Below are positions 39,996-49,784 of a stretch of 64,000 nucleotides of DNA, piece after piece (within the stretch, counting starts at the first letter, position 1; the number at the start of each line of letters is the position of its first letter). The notes beneath the pieces were generated by a model. It saw nothing but the letters and a program-made list of their open reading frames with translations. It had not been told where the DNA came from and made no database searches. The stretch spans positions 1 to 64,000 of the forward strand of contig JAWLHK010000010.1 in the NCBI GenBank assembly GCA_041690355.1, given 5' to 3'. This DNA is from a bacterium (GTDB taxonomy: Bacteria; J088; JAWLBW01). The translations under genes and the position numbers were made by a program.

Positions 39996-40395
39996 TTTTG
40001 GTGATGGTTCCCGTCCCCACCAGCTTGTCGTCGACCCACGCCTCGACGCGGATGAAGGCGATCGACTTTCCCTTGCGGTCGACCCGGGCACGAAGCTCCA
40101 CGCTTTTCCCCTTGGAGACCGGGCGCAGCACCGAGCAGTGCACGTCGTGCGAGACCGCCTGCTCGCTGTCGGCGAGCATCGGCGTGAGCGCGAGAAACGC
40201 GCAGACATCCATCATGCCGTAAAGAATTCCGCCGTGCAGCACGCCTGCAGGGTTCGCCGTGTTGTCGTCGACGGGAAAGCGGCAGACCGAGGCGCCGGGT
40301 TCCTGGGAAATCAGCTCGAGGCCGCAGAAGCGGTGAAAGGGGTGCGCGAGGACGATGTCGTTGAGGAGCGTCGAGGGTCGAGAGTCAAGCGTCAT
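39976..40395 (-). CDS. PaaI family hotdog-fold thioesterase
   Basis: NPAGVLHGGILYGMMD. Confidence 0.9.
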   Translation of the reverse strand: MTLDSRPSTLLNDIVLAHPFHRFCGLELISQEPGASVCRFPVDDNTANPAGVLHGGILYGMMDVCAFLALTPMLADSEQAVSHDVHCSVLRPVSKGKSVELRARVDRKGKSIAFIRVEAWVDDKLVGTGTITKSVLSRA

Positions 40396-40580
40396 GGTAC
40401 AGAGCGAGTCGGGAGTCGTGAGTCTGGGGTCTGGAGTCAGGCGTAACGAGGCGCCTGGCACCCATGGTACCAGAGCGGCCCCGGCCGACCACGCCGGCGA
40501 CCACGCGGAATCGAAGCCCGAACGGATCTCTCACACGAGTAAGAACTCAGCCCGGACCCACTCGAGAAGCAACCGGATGT

Positions 40581-40709
40581 TCAGCGCCGCAGCACGGCTT
40601 CGCGCACACGGCGGTAGACCTGCTCGCTTCGCTCGCGTTGTCTCTGGATGAATTCGCGGATGTTTTCTGCGTAGCTGACTTCTTCTGGTTGCGGCTTCTG
40701 TTCGGCCAT
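40581..40709 (-). CDS. Small protein (42 aa), below the ORF-track cutoff
   Basis: [42 protein letters not shown]; strong SD GGGAGG 5 nt upstream. Confidence 0.55.
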   Translation of the reverse strand: MAEQKPQPEEVSYAENIREFIQRQRERSEQVYRRVREAVLRR

Positions 40710-40790
40710 GGATCCCTCCCCTTCAACAGATCGCCTCTACCCTATCACAGGGGGAGTGCGACGGCGGCGGCATCGGCCCGTCGAGCAGGG

Positions 40791-41393
40791 TCAGTATCCG
40801 AGAAGGTTCACGGGGCGGAGGGGACGGCTGTCCGGCAACAGTTCGGCGTCGGCGGTCTTTTTCTCCTGCGCCGCTTGGATTTTCCGGACGATGTCGACAG
40901 CGGCCACCGCCCCGACGATCAGGTGAACCGAGAGGGCTACGACGCCACCGATGCCGGCCGTGTAGCGGAAGGTCACGCCGGCGGCATCCGCTGCCGCCTC
41001 GCCGACCTCATAGGTCTCGCCGGACAACGCAATGCAGGGGAGGAAAATGAAAAAGAACATGACTTCAAGGAAGATGACCACGAGCCATACGAGAGCGGTC
41101 AGCCCCAGCACGACAGCAAGGTAGATGGCCCACGTGAGTGCGCATGCGACCAGAAACGCACTGCCGCCTTGCTGGTCATCATAGAAGATGTGCCCGAGCC
41201 CGGGCGCGATCAGCGAGAGAACCACCGCCAGCGCAGGCGAGGCATCGGGGTTCAGTTCTGCGGCGGGGGGAACCTGGTTCGGCCGCGCCTTCTTCGCGAA
41301 AGCCTCGGGAGAAGCGGCCAGCAGCAGGGAAAATGCGAGCAACAGGATCGCCGCCGCACGGGTGGGGAGGTTCGCCACGGAAAACGCTCGCAT
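40791..41393 (-). CDS. Hypothetical membrane protein (TM2-like)
   Basis: Signal peptide; [20 protein letters not shown]; several TM segments. Confidence 0.7.
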   Translation of the reverse strand: MRAFSVANLPTRAAAILLLAFSLLLAASPEAFAKKARPNQVPPAAELNPDASPALAVVLSLIAPGLGHIFYDDQQGGSAFLVACALTWAIYLAVVLGLTALVWLVVIFLEVMFFFIFLPCIALSGETYEVGEAAADAAGVTFRYTAGIGGVVALSVHLIVGAVAAVDIVRKIQAAQEKKTADAELLPDSRPLRPVNLLGY

Positions 41394-41457
41394 GGCAGAC
41401 AGGATACCATGCGGAGCGATTCCACGCGCATCCCGTCGCACCTGCGCTGCAATACAG

Positions 41458-41491
41458 TGCACCCTCCTCCTTGGACAAGGAGGAGGGTGCA
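41458..41491. repeat. Perfect 16-bp inverted repeat downstream of recA
   Basis: TGCACCCTCCTCCTTG-GA-CAAGGAGGAGGGTGCA; no U tract. Confidence 0.85.
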
Positions 41492-41558
41492 GGAGTGTTT
41501 CAGAGTGGCGCTATGCCTGGAGAATGTCGGGTTCTTGTTTCCCGCCGTCCGGCAACCG

Positions 41559-42611
41559 TTACGCAGTAACCGGTTCCTTCGGTTCCTTCGCGTCCTTCGC
41601 TTCCTTCGCCGGCTTCAGGAGACCGTAGTGCGCGCGGACCTCCTGCTCGATCTGCGTGTAGACCTCGGGGTTGTCCTTGAGGTAGGTCTTGGCGTTCTCG
41701 CGCCCCTGACCGATGCGGTCACCCTTGTAGGAGTACCAGGCGCCGCTCTTGTCGACGATGTTCAGCAGGACGGCCAGATCGAGGGCGTCGCCTTCGCGGC
41801 TCACGCCCGTGCCGTAGAGGATGTCGAACTCGTGCTCGCGGAACGGCGGGGCCACCTTGTTCTTGACGACCTTGACGCGCGTGCGGTTGCCGATGACACT
41901 GTCGCCTTCCTTGATCGCACCCACGCGGCGGATGTCGAGGCGGACCGACGAGTAGAACTTGAGCGCGTTGCCGCCGGTTGTCGTCTCGGGATTGCCGAAC
42001 ATGACGCCGATCTTCATGCGGATCTGGTTGATGAAGATGATCGTGCAGTTGCTCTTGTTGACCGTGCCCGTCAGTTTGCGTAACGCCTGGCTCATCAGGC
42101 GGGCCTGAAGACCCATGTGGCTGTCGCCCATCTCGCCCTCGATTTCGGCTTTCGGCGTCAGCGCGGCGACCGAGTCGACGACGATGATGTCGATGGCGCC
42201 GGATCGCACCAGCGTTTCGACGATGTCGAGGGCCTGTTCCCCCGTATCCGGCTGCGAGATCAGCAGATCGTCGGTGCGCACGCCGAGCTTGCGGGCATAG
42301 GAGACGTCGAGCGCATGTTCTGCATCGACGAAGGCGGCGATACCGCCCTTCTTCTGGGCTTCGGCCACGGCGTGCAGCGCGATCGTCGTCTTGCCCGAGC
42401 TTTCGGGGCCGAAGATTTCAATGATGCGGCCGCGGGGAAGTCCGCCGACGCCCAGGGCCACGTCGACACCCAGCGAACCGGTCGAGATCGCCTCGACGTC
42501 GCCGTGCAGCGTTTCGCCCTCGCCGAGACGCATGATCGTGCCTTTGCCGAACTGCTTCTCGAGCGTCGAAATCGCATTCTCCAACGCTTTCTGTTTCTCA
42601 TTCGCGGCCAT
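41559..42611 (-). CDS. recA: Recombinase RecA
   Basis: [48 protein letters not shown]. Confidence 0.99.
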   Translation of the reverse strand: MAANEKQKALENAISTLEKQFGKGTIMRLGEGETLHGDVEAISTGSLGVDVALGVGGLPRGRIIEIFGPESSGKTTIALHAVAEAQKKGGIAAFVDAEHALDVSYARKLGVRTDDLLISQPDTGEQALDIVETLVRSGAIDIIVVDSVAALTPKAEIEGEMGDSHMGLQARLMSQALRKLTGTVNKSNCTIIFINQIRMKIGVMFGNPETTTGGNALKFYSSVRLDIRRVGAIKEGDSVIGNRTRVKVVKNKVAPPFREHEFDILYGTGVSREGDALDLAVLLNIVDKSGAWYSYKGDRIGQGRENAKTYLKDNPEVYTQIEQEVRAHYGLLKPAKEAKDAKEPKEPVTA

Positions 42612-42666
42612 GGTGGATTCCCTTTCTCTCTCTCCCGGCCCGCGGTGCGTGGGCGGCGAGGTTATC

Positions 42667-42696
42667 ATCTTAAAAATCCCGATGCCGCAAAGTCAA
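42667..42696 (-). promoter_or_regulatory. Sigma70-type promoter of recA
   Basis: TTGACT, 18 nt, TAAGAT on the minus strand. Confidence 0.6.
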
Positions 42697-42758
42697 CGAA
42701 AAAGCAGCAACGGGCCGAATCTATAAAGTAGCGGAAGGCTCGGACAGCGTTTGTCTCG

Positions 42759-43640
42759 TCAACGCATGTAAAAACTGATTTCCGCCAGATGCGTGCGCAC
42801 GGGGGCGGCGACTTCCTTCACGAACGCATATTCGAGGCGGAACTGGCCCGGAATTCCCCCACCCGCGCCGATCGACCACTGGTTGCGGTGCTGCGGACCC
42901 GCGGGATCCTGGCCGTAGCCGCCGCGCACCGAAGCCCAGGGGCCGATGAAGCCTTCAAGGCCGGCGTTCCACCGGATGCGCTCTCCGTCGGGCAGGCCCG
43001 GCGTGTAGTGGAGATCGGCGGTCACCTCGGCGTAGTCGGCGATGCGGCTCGCGAGCCCGCCGGCGAAGGCACGTTCGCGCAGCACGCCGTCGGGCGGATT
43101 CAACAGATCGTAGGCCACGAGGCCCAGGCGGAACCGGCCTTCGAGCGGATCGTAGAGCAGCCCCAGGTCGAAGTTCCAATCCGTGCGCCGCGTGCGCGTG
43201 CGGTCGATGCGATAGTGTACGCCGACGCCGATGGCGGTATTGCCCAGCCAGCGCTGGGCCAGGGCCAGCGCGAAGTCGTCGGCGGGATCCCGGCCCCCCA
43301 GGTCGCGCACCCAGCCGATGCCGCCGCCGAGGCCGCCGGTGGAGTCGACGATGGAGACCCCGAAGCGGCGCTCGGGTGCAGGCGTGTTCTGGCGCAGGTG
43401 GCCAAAGCCCGAAAGCTGGTAGCGGGGGAGCATGACCGTCCCCGCCGGATTCAGATAGATCGATGCGTTGTCGTCGGGGGCGGCAAGGCCCCCCTGCAGG
43501 GCGGCCGCGCGGGCCGAGGGAGGCGGCTCGACGAGACCGGCGGTCTGCGCGCCGGCCCCGGGGGCAAACAGCACGCAAAAGACCGCGGTGAGAGAGAGCA
43601 TCAGGGCCGCCGACCCGGCGCGCGCACGCAGTGGAAACAC
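42759..43640 (-). CDS. Probable outer-membrane beta-barrel protein
   Basis: Signal peptide; SARAAALQG..SIYLNPAG (FadL/PorV-like start); alternating beta pattern. Confidence 0.65.
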   Translation of the reverse strand: MFPLRARAGSAALMLSLTAVFCVLFAPGAGAQTAGLVEPPPSARAAALQGGLAAPDDNASIYLNPAGTVMLPRYQLSGFGHLRQNTPAPERRFGVSIVDSTGGLGGGIGWVRDLGGRDPADDFALALAQRWLGNTAIGVGVHYRIDRTRTRRTDWNFDLGLLYDPLEGRFRLGLVAYDLLNPPDGVLRERAFAGGLASRIADYAEVTADLHYTPGLPDGERIRWNAGLEGFIGPWASVRGGYGQDPAGPQHRNQWSIGAGGGIPGQFRLEYAFVKEVAAPVRTHLAEISFYMR

Positions 43641-43752
43641 GTCTTCACCTTGGCCTTAGGGTAAGCCACAGGGTAACACGCAGCCCGAGGGGGACTCCAG
43701 TGGCGCGGCTGCCCCAAGCGGCCCGTTCAGACGGCGGCGATGGAGGCGGGCG

Positions 43753-44616
43753 TCAGGGAAATGCCCACCGGTCGACGGTGACGACGGCCGGGGTCGAGGC
43801 GGGGCCGGGAACGCCGTGACGATCGACGGCGCGAACGCGCCAGTACAGTACGCCCAGGGGCACGCTGCGCACGGGCTCGAAGTAGGTGATGTCGCCGACG
43901 TCGCCGGAAAAACGCAGGTCGTGAAAGTCGGGATCGGTGGCGACCTCGAGGCGATAGCCGCGCGCTTCGGGTACCGCGCGCCAGAGGAAACGGAAGGCGC
44001 GCAGGCTCGCGTTGGCTGCGGGGTAGAGCGGCACGGGGGACTGCGGCGCGCGCCGGGTTTCGACGGTTACGCCGCCGGGGCCGGAAATCCACGTGAGCGC
44101 GTCGCCCGCTCCGAGCCGGTAATCCTTGCCGCCGGCTCGGAGGAAGGCATGGTCGCCCGCCACGACGCTCACGACCGCCCGGTTCTCATCGGCGCGGTCG
44201 ATCAGCACGTCCGCGTCGAGTACGTGAACGGTCAGACCGGGAAGGGAGAGGGACCAGGCTGTGTTTCCCGCGACGCTCGCTTCGATGCGCCGGGCGTCGA
44301 CGCGCACCCGGTTGGCTTCGACGGGCGCGAGAGTCGCCGGGCCCGCGATGCGCAAGCGGATGCGGGCCCCTCGCTCGGCCCCCGAAAACGCGAACTTCCC
44401 GGCAGAAAACGTCACGGCGGTGTCGAAGGGGAGCGGCATGCCGCTGCGCAGCGCCGTCCCCAAGGTCGCCTCGGTGATCGGCGCCGGAGATTCGGGGTAG
44501 ACGGTCGCGGACGGGGAAAGCAGGCGCCATTGGGCGGAAGATGTCGATGCGGAATCCGCGGCCATGGCAGTGGAAGCGGCAAAGAGCAGCCCTGCGGTCA
44601 GCCAGCCTGCCTTCAT
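43753..44616 (-). CDS. Secreted protein with FecR-like and FN3-like regions
   Basis: Signal peptide; C-terminal WRAVPEARGYRLEVATDPDF..LYWRVRAVD. Confidence 0.65.
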   Translation of the reverse strand: MKAGWLTAGLLFAASTAMAADSASTSSAQWRLLSPSATVYPESPAPITEATLGTALRSGMPLPFDTAVTFSAGKFAFSGAERGARIRLRIAGPATLAPVEANRVRVDARRIEASVAGNTAWSLSLPGLTVHVLDADVLIDRADENRAVVSVVAGDHAFLRAGGKDYRLGAGDALTWISGPGGVTVETRRAPQSPVPLYPAANASLRAFRFLWRAVPEARGYRLEVATDPDFHDLRFSGDVGDITYFEPVRSVPLGVLYWRVRAVDRHGVPGPASTPAVVTVDRWAFP

Positions 44617-45146
44617 GGCCGTGCGTCCCTTTCCCCGGCATCGGGATCGAGTTGCAGTTCGAGCAACGCCTTTTCGTCGACCGCCACGGTGAACTTCGCC
44701 GTGCGCGGTTTGAACCCCTCGGCCTCGACGCGGATCCGATAGGTTCCCGGCGCGAGCATCCCGGCATAACCGTCATCCAGTATCGTAAGACGGTGGACAG
44801 CCGGCTCGATGGCGAGGGCGGCGCGCACAGAAGACTGGCGGGCATCGATGACACGGATGAAGACGTAGGCCCACTCTGCGGGGCAGCCGCTCTCGGTTTT
44901 TGCAGCGAGCAGCGCACACCGATCCTGCATGCCGGGCAGACCGTCGCCGTCCGGATCGGGGCGAACCGCCCGGGTCTGCGTGACCGGCTCCTGTGGGGAA
45001 TGCTGGGCGTGCGGCGAAACGTCTTGCACGGCCGTGTCGGCCGCACGCCCGGAGGCGCAGGCCGTTATCAGAAGAACGATACACGTCAGAGCCCACGGGT
45101 TCCCGACGCGGCCGAGCATCAGCCCGTGCAGCAGTGCGATGCGCAT
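44613..45146 (-). CDS. Lipoprotein with a TSP3-like motif and carboxypeptidase-regulatory-like domain
   Basis: ITAC lipobox; DPDGDGLPGMQDRC; LAPGTYRIRVEAEGF. Confidence 0.65.
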   Translation of the reverse strand: MRIALLHGLMLGRVGNPWALTCIVLLITACASGRAADTAVQDVSPHAQHSPQEPVTQTRAVRPDPDGDGLPGMQDRCALLAAKTESGCPAEWAYVFIRVIDARQSSVRAALAIEPAVHRLTILDDGYAGMLAPGTYRIRVEAEGFKPRTAKFTVAVDEKALLELQLDPDAGERDARP

Positions 45147-45155
45147 ACCCGTATC

Positions 45156-46178
45156 CTAGCGGCGGTCGGGCGGGCCGGCAAGGGGGTCGGCAGAAGGAGC
45201 AAGCTGCGCTTCGAGCTCCCGGATGCGTTGCTTCAGCTCGACCATACGCAGTTCCCGATCGACGGCAACACGGTTGAACTTCTCGAGCTCATCGTTGCGC
45301 TCACGGAGGGCTTCGATGCCGATGATGTGGTCGAGCAGCAGGCTCATCTGCGTGGCCATGACCGCGAAGAACTCAACGTCATGCGCGGTGAAGCGATGCC
45401 CGGCCAGCGTGAACAGGTTCATGCAGCCAAGGACGCGATCCTGCACGACGAGGGGATAGCACAGGAAATTGCGCATGCCGATCTTGCGCAGGCGCGGGAA
45501 GACGAGTTCGGGGTGGGATCCGATATCGTCGAGAAAGATGGGGGTGCGCAGTTGAACCGCCCGGCTCGTAAATCCCTGTCCGGGCCGGAGAATGCGCACC
45601 TTCTCGCGGAGCTCGGGATCAATGCCCAGATCGGCCACCATGCACAGGCCCGGCTCGTCATCGCGGACGGTATAGACGCAGCCGCCGTCGGCCGCCACCG
45701 CCGCGACGCACTGTGCCAGCATCGACCGCAGCTGCATTTCGGGCTCGCCCGGTCGAACGGCCTCCATCGCGAGGGCGCGCAGCGTCTCGAGTTCGCTGTT
45801 CCGTTCGGTGAGCGCGAGACGCTCCCGGTCCTCTTCGGTCACGTTGCGCAGTAGAACCTTCAAGCCCGCCTCGTCGCGCAGCCCCGTCGCGGCAAAGTGG
45901 ACGATGCGTCCGTCGCGCCGCGCCTGTGAAAACCGTTCGGGTACGGTGGACGGAGCCGCGGCCAGCCCGGCGCTCCATTCCGCCCATCCGCGAAGGCGGG
46001 GAAAAAAGGTGGCGCAGAAGCCACGGTCGGCCAGGGCCGATCCGGTATCGGGAAAGCCGAGAAATCGCGCCGCTTCATCGTCGAGGGCGCAGATGCGCCC
46101 GTCGTGGTCGAGGCTGAACCGGGCGAACCCGAATGGGGCGAGAAGCTGCGGCAGCGTGTCCGGCGAATCGATGGCCAT
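45156..46178 (-). CDS. PAS-like + GAF domain protein ending in a coiled coil
   Basis: GAF-type FLCYPLVVQDRVLGCMNL; C-terminal ELEKFNRVAVDRELRMVELKQRIRELE. Confidence 0.8.
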   Translation of the reverse strand: MAIDSPDTLPQLLAPFGFARFSLDHDGRICALDDEAARFLGFPDTGSALADRGFCATFFPRLRGWAEWSAGLAAAPSTVPERFSQARRDGRIVHFAATGLRDEAGLKVLLRNVTEEDRERLALTERNSELETLRALAMEAVRPGEPEMQLRSMLAQCVAAVAADGGCVYTVRDDEPGLCMVADLGIDPELREKVRILRPGQGFTSRAVQLRTPIFLDDIGSHPELVFPRLRKIGMRNFLCYPLVVQDRVLGCMNLFTLAGHRFTAHDVEFFAVMATQMSLLLDHIIGIEALRERNDELEKFNRVAVDRELRMVELKQRIRELEAQLAPSADPLAGPPDRR

Positions 46179-46282
46179 GGAAAATTCAAGCTATCAGGAG
46201 CGTGCGCCGCTTTCAATGCAGGACCCTGTCACGCAGGGGCCCGCGTGGCGCAGCGGCGGCGATATGGTACTTTGACAGGCGC

Positions 46283-47470
46283 ATGGCTATCCGCGACGAA
46301 TTTCGCTACTGGTATTGCCTGCCCGAGCGTTCGCAGGAGCACCCGATTCACGACTGGCGGCTGTTCAGGCGGTACTTGGCCGTCATGCTGCTCGTGCTCG
46401 CGCCCTTTCTCAGTTCCGAGGTCCAGGCGCTCACGGGCATTCCCCTCCATCGGGCCGCCGCGTTCGTCGCCCTGCACGTAACGCTGACGGCGGTAGGCAC
46501 GTGGCGGCGCGGCTATGCGCTGCAGCACCTCGAGAACGCCGTCATGACCGCCCTGCTGCCCTTCGTGGCCGCGGCCGCGACCCCGGTGCTCTGGGTTTTC
46601 TATCTGCTCTCGGCCATCAACGACGCCGTGCTCTTCCGGGGAAGCCGTTTTCACGCCCTGATCCTGGCCGTGCTCCCCTGGATCATGTTCGGGATGAGCC
46701 GCGCAACCGGCGCACTTGCCGACCTGCCTTTCGGGGTCGTGCTGATCGTCGCGCTCCTGACCCCGACGTTCTATCTCTGGGTCGCTTCGGTGCTGGATCG
46801 ATACGATTCCATCGTCAGCCAGAACCGGATCCTGCTGGCGAGCGCTTCGCGCCAGGAAGAGCGCGAGCGCATCAGCGCCGATCTGCACGACGGCGTGGGG
46901 GCGAACCTCACCGGTCTCGTCCTGCGTTGCGAGATGGCGCGCGAGGCCTTGCGGGTCGAGCCGGGGCTGGCTTCGGGAATTCTGGAGGAAATGGAGCGGT
47001 TGAGCCGCGACGCGCTGCGCCAGGTGCGCCTCACCGTGCGGTCGCTCGTGCACGAGCCGCTGCTCCCCGAGGAGTTTGGCTCGACGCTGCGCTCCATCGC
47101 CAACGAGGCGGCCCCGGGGCGCACGCGGATTACGGTCAACGCCGGCGACTCGGGACGCCTCAGCGCCGAGCTCGCCTACAACCTGCTGCTGCTGAGCGCC
47201 GAGGCAATCAACAATTCCGTACGCCACGGCGAGGCAGGCAGTATCGATATCGTGTTTACGTGGACGCCCGCCGAGTGGAGCCTCGAAGTTCACGACGACG
47301 GCGTGGGGGTCGGCGGCTCCCCGAACGGACGCCTTCCGCTCCGGTCCATCGACCGGCGTGCCGTGCGCATCGGCGCCGAGGTCGACGTGCGGTCGCATCC
47401 TGGCGGCGGCCTGGGCCTGCTCGTACGCGGTCTTCGCGAGCCCCAGCCCGCGGCAGTCAGCGGCCCGTAA
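46283..47470 (+). CDS. Membrane sensor histidine kinase, HisKA_3 type
   Basis: Multiple TM segments; ERERISADLHDGVG; EAINNSVRHG; DDGVG. Confidence 0.9.
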   Translation: MAIRDEFRYWYCLPERSQEHPIHDWRLFRRYLAVMLLVLAPFLSSEVQALTGIPLHRAAAFVALHVTLTAVGTWRRGYALQHLENAVMTALLPFVAAAATPVLWVFYLLSAINDAVLFRGSRFHALILAVLPWIMFGMSRATGALADLPFGVVLIVALLTPTFYLWVASVLDRYDSIVSQNRILLASASRQEERERISADLHDGVGANLTGLVLRCEMAREALRVEPGLASGILEEMERLSRDALRQVRLTVRSLVHEPLLPEEFGSTLRSIANEAAPGRTRITVNAGDSGRLSAELAYNLLLLSAEAINNSVRHGEAGSIDIVFTWTPAEWSLEVHDDGVGVGGSPNGRLPLRSIDRRAVRIGAEVDVRSHPGGGLGLLVRGLREPQPAAVSGP

Positions 47471-48236
47471 AGGTGGGCGCCCGCTTCTCGACGAATGCCG
47501 CCACCCCTTCGGCGGCATCGTCACTCGCGAACGCAGTTTCGCGAATCTGCTGCACGAAGGCCAGATCTTCGGGCCCGAGCTTCACGGCCGCCAGCCGGCG
47601 AATCATGCGCGCATGCCCCCGGTGCGAAAGCGGCGCGAGGGAGGCTATCTCCGCGACGCGCGCCCGGATCTCGGTTTCGAACGAAGCGGCCGGAAACACG
47701 CCGTTGACCAGCCCGATGGCGAAGGCGTGCGCGGCCGGCACATTGCGCGCCGAGTAGAAAATCTCGGCCGTGTTCGCGGGGCCCACGAGCGAAACGAAGC
47801 GGCCAATCCCCTCCGGCGTGTAGACGATGCCGAGTTTCGCCGGCGGCATCCCCAGGGTCGCGTGTTCGACGGCCCAACGGATATCGCAGGTCACCGCCAG
47901 CTCGCAGCCGGCGCCCACGGCGTGACCGTTGACGATCGCAACGGTCGGCATCGGCATTTCGGCGAGCTGCCGCAGCGTTTCGGTAAGATCGACGGCCGCG
48001 TCGCGCGGCGTCTCCTGCACCTCGGCGAAGCTGCGCAGATCGTAGCCCGCGCTGAACGCCTGTTCGCCCTCGCCGCGGATGACGAGACACCGGATGTCTT
48101 CGTCGGCGGCCACGGTTTCGAGGTGGGCCCGCAGATCACGCAGAATGGCGGGGGTGACGGCGTTGCGCCGCTTGGGGTGAAACAGGGTCAGCCAGGCGGC
48201 GTGCCCGTCGATGTGCAGCGATACTCCGCTTTCCAT
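47457..48236 (-). CDS. Enoyl-CoA hydratase/isomerase family protein
   Basis: AFSAGYDL, GHAVGAGCELAVTCDIR, EGVAAFVEKRAPTF. Confidence 0.92.
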   Translation of the reverse strand: MESGVSLHIDGHAAWLTLFHPKRRNAVTPAILRDLRAHLETVAADEDIRCLVIRGEGEQAFSAGYDLRSFAEVQETPRDAAVDLTETLRQLAEMPMPTVAIVNGHAVGAGCELAVTCDIRWAVEHATLGMPPAKLGIVYTPEGIGRFVSLVGPANTAEIFYSARNVPAAHAFAIGLVNGVFPAASFETEIRARVAEIASLAPLSHRGHARMIRRLAAVKLGPEDLAFVQQIRETAFASDDAAEGVAAFVEKRAPTFTGR

Positions 48237-48261
48237 GAAGAATCCTTTCCGGACCGGGGGA

Positions 48262-49272
48262 TCAGGCCGCGGGCCAGCGTACCTGTTCGAGCGGCCAGTG
48301 CGTGCGCACCTGAAGCCGCAGATCGTCGACCGCCCCTTCGGCCAGGCGCAGCGCGCCGACGGCCCCGATCATGGCCGCGTTGTCGGTGCACAGATCGAAG
48401 GAGGGAAAAATGACTTCGCGCCCGGCAGCGCGCTCTTCGAAGCTGCGCCGGAGCCGCCGGTTCGCCGCCACCCCGCCGGCGACGACGATACGGTCATACC
48501 CGTGTTCAGCCGCTGCGCGCAAGGTCTTGGTGACCAGGCTGTCGACGATGGCCTCCTGCACCGAGGCGGCCAGGTCGGCAACCTGATCGTCGTTCAGCCG
48601 GCCCATCGATTCGACCTGCTGCCGAACGGCGGTCTTGAGGCCCGAGAACGAGAAGTCATAGCCCGGATCGCGCTGCAGGCCGCGGGGAAATTCGTAGCGG
48701 CGCGGATCTCCGAGGGGCGAAACCTTGTCGATCGACACACCGCCGGGATACGGCAGGTTGAGCAGGACGGCGGCCTTGTCGAACGCCTCGCCGGCCGCGT
48801 CGTCGCGCGTGCGTCCGAGCAGCCGGTAGCTTCCCGGACGATCGATGCCGTACAGATGCGTGTGGCCGCCCGAGACGACGAGGCCGAGCAGCGGGAAGCG
48901 CACGTCACGTTCGAGCAGTACGGCGAGCAGGTGGGCTTCGATGTGGTGCACGCCGATGAGCGGAATTCCCAGGCGATAGGCCAGGCCGCGCGCGAACGAA
49001 AGCCCGACCAGCAGGCTCCCCACGAGGCCGGGGCCCGAGGTTACGGCGATCGCCTCCAGATCGGATTCCTTCGTGCCCCCTTCTTCGAGCACGCGCCGGA
49101 CGACCGGATACATGGCGGCCACGTGCTCGCGGCCGGCGATTTCGGGAACGACGCCGCCATACGGAGCGTGCACGGCGGCCTGCGAGCCGACGACGGAGGC
49201 GACGAGACGGTTGCGCCGGTTGACCAGGGCGGCGGCGGTTTCGTCGCAGCTTGTTTCGAGAGCCAGAATCAT
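48262..49272 (-). CDS. tsaD: tRNA N6-adenosine threonylcarbamoyltransferase
   Basis: LETSCDET, GGVVPEIA, HHIEAH, VSGGHT, DDAAGEAFDK, TDNAAMI. Confidence 0.98.
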   Translation of the reverse strand: MILALETSCDETAAALVNRRNRLVASVVGSQAAVHAPYGGVVPEIAGREHVAAMYPVVRRVLEEGGTKESDLEAIAVTSGPGLVGSLLVGLSFARGLAYRLGIPLIGVHHIEAHLLAVLLERDVRFPLLGLVVSGGHTHLYGIDRPGSYRLLGRTRDDAAGEAFDKAAVLLNLPYPGGVSIDKVSPLGDPRRYEFPRGLQRDPGYDFSFSGLKTAVRQQVESMGRLNDDQVADLAASVQEAIVDSLVTKTLRAAAEHGYDRIVVAGGVAANRRLRRSFEERAAGREVIFPSFDLCTDNAAMIGAVGALRLAEGAVDDLRLQVRTHWPLEQVRWPAA

Positions 49273-49284
49273 GTGCGCGAGCAG

Positions 49285-49767
49285 TCAGGGGTACTGAACT
49301 TCCTTGTTGCCGGGGGCGACGAATTTCTCTTCGACATCGAGGCCGCGAAACGGGTCGACGACGAGGGCGAGAAACGGATGCCCGCGTTTTTTCGAGCCGC
49401 TCCAGGTGACTTCGACTTCGACGGAAAGCCGGTTGCCGACGGGAAGCACCTTGCGCGGCTTGAGGGTGTACTGGCCCTTGGCGGGAGACTTATAGATGAC
49501 GAGCACACGATGTTTCTTGAAATCGACCTTCAGGGTTCCATCGTACAGATAGCCCCACATTTTTTTCCACTCGGCCTCGCTGCGGATTACACGGTAGGAA
49601 AGACGGGCTCCCTTGGGGCTCAGGGCGGTGCCTGCCTTCGAAAAGCGCAGCGGCTGATCGCCCAGGAACTGGTTGTGATGGCGCAGCAGAACTTCGCCCT
49701 GCTGGGCGGCGGCGGGGGAGGCAGACAGCGCGAGGGCCGTCAGGATGAATACCAGCGTGCGGGTCAT
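49285..49767 (-). CDS. Secreted hypothetical protein (PrcB C-terminal-like)
   Basis: Signal peptide; VIRSEAEWKKMW..VDFKK; AGGAGG RBS. Confidence 0.65.
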   Translation of the reverse strand: MTRTLVFILTALALSASPAAAQQGEVLLRHHNQFLGDQPLRFSKAGTALSPKGARLSYRVIRSEAEWKKMWGYLYDGTLKVDFKKHRVLVIYKSPAKGQYTLKPRKVLPVGNRLSVEVEVTWSGSKKRGHPFLALVVDPFRGLDVEEKFVAPGNKEVQYP

Positions 49768-49784
49768 GTTCTTTCCTCCTGTGC

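Noticed and set aside
3400-40400. Prophage or integrative element explaining the accessory region
   Set aside because: No integrase, transposase, phage or conjugation genes and no tRNA attachment site were recognised.
41562-41612. 9-bp repeats at the recA 3' end
   Set aside because: They encode an ordinary low-complexity C-terminal tail ([13 protein letters not shown]).
42612-42758. LexA/SOS box upstream of recA
   Set aside because: No LexA motif that I know could be matched with confidence.
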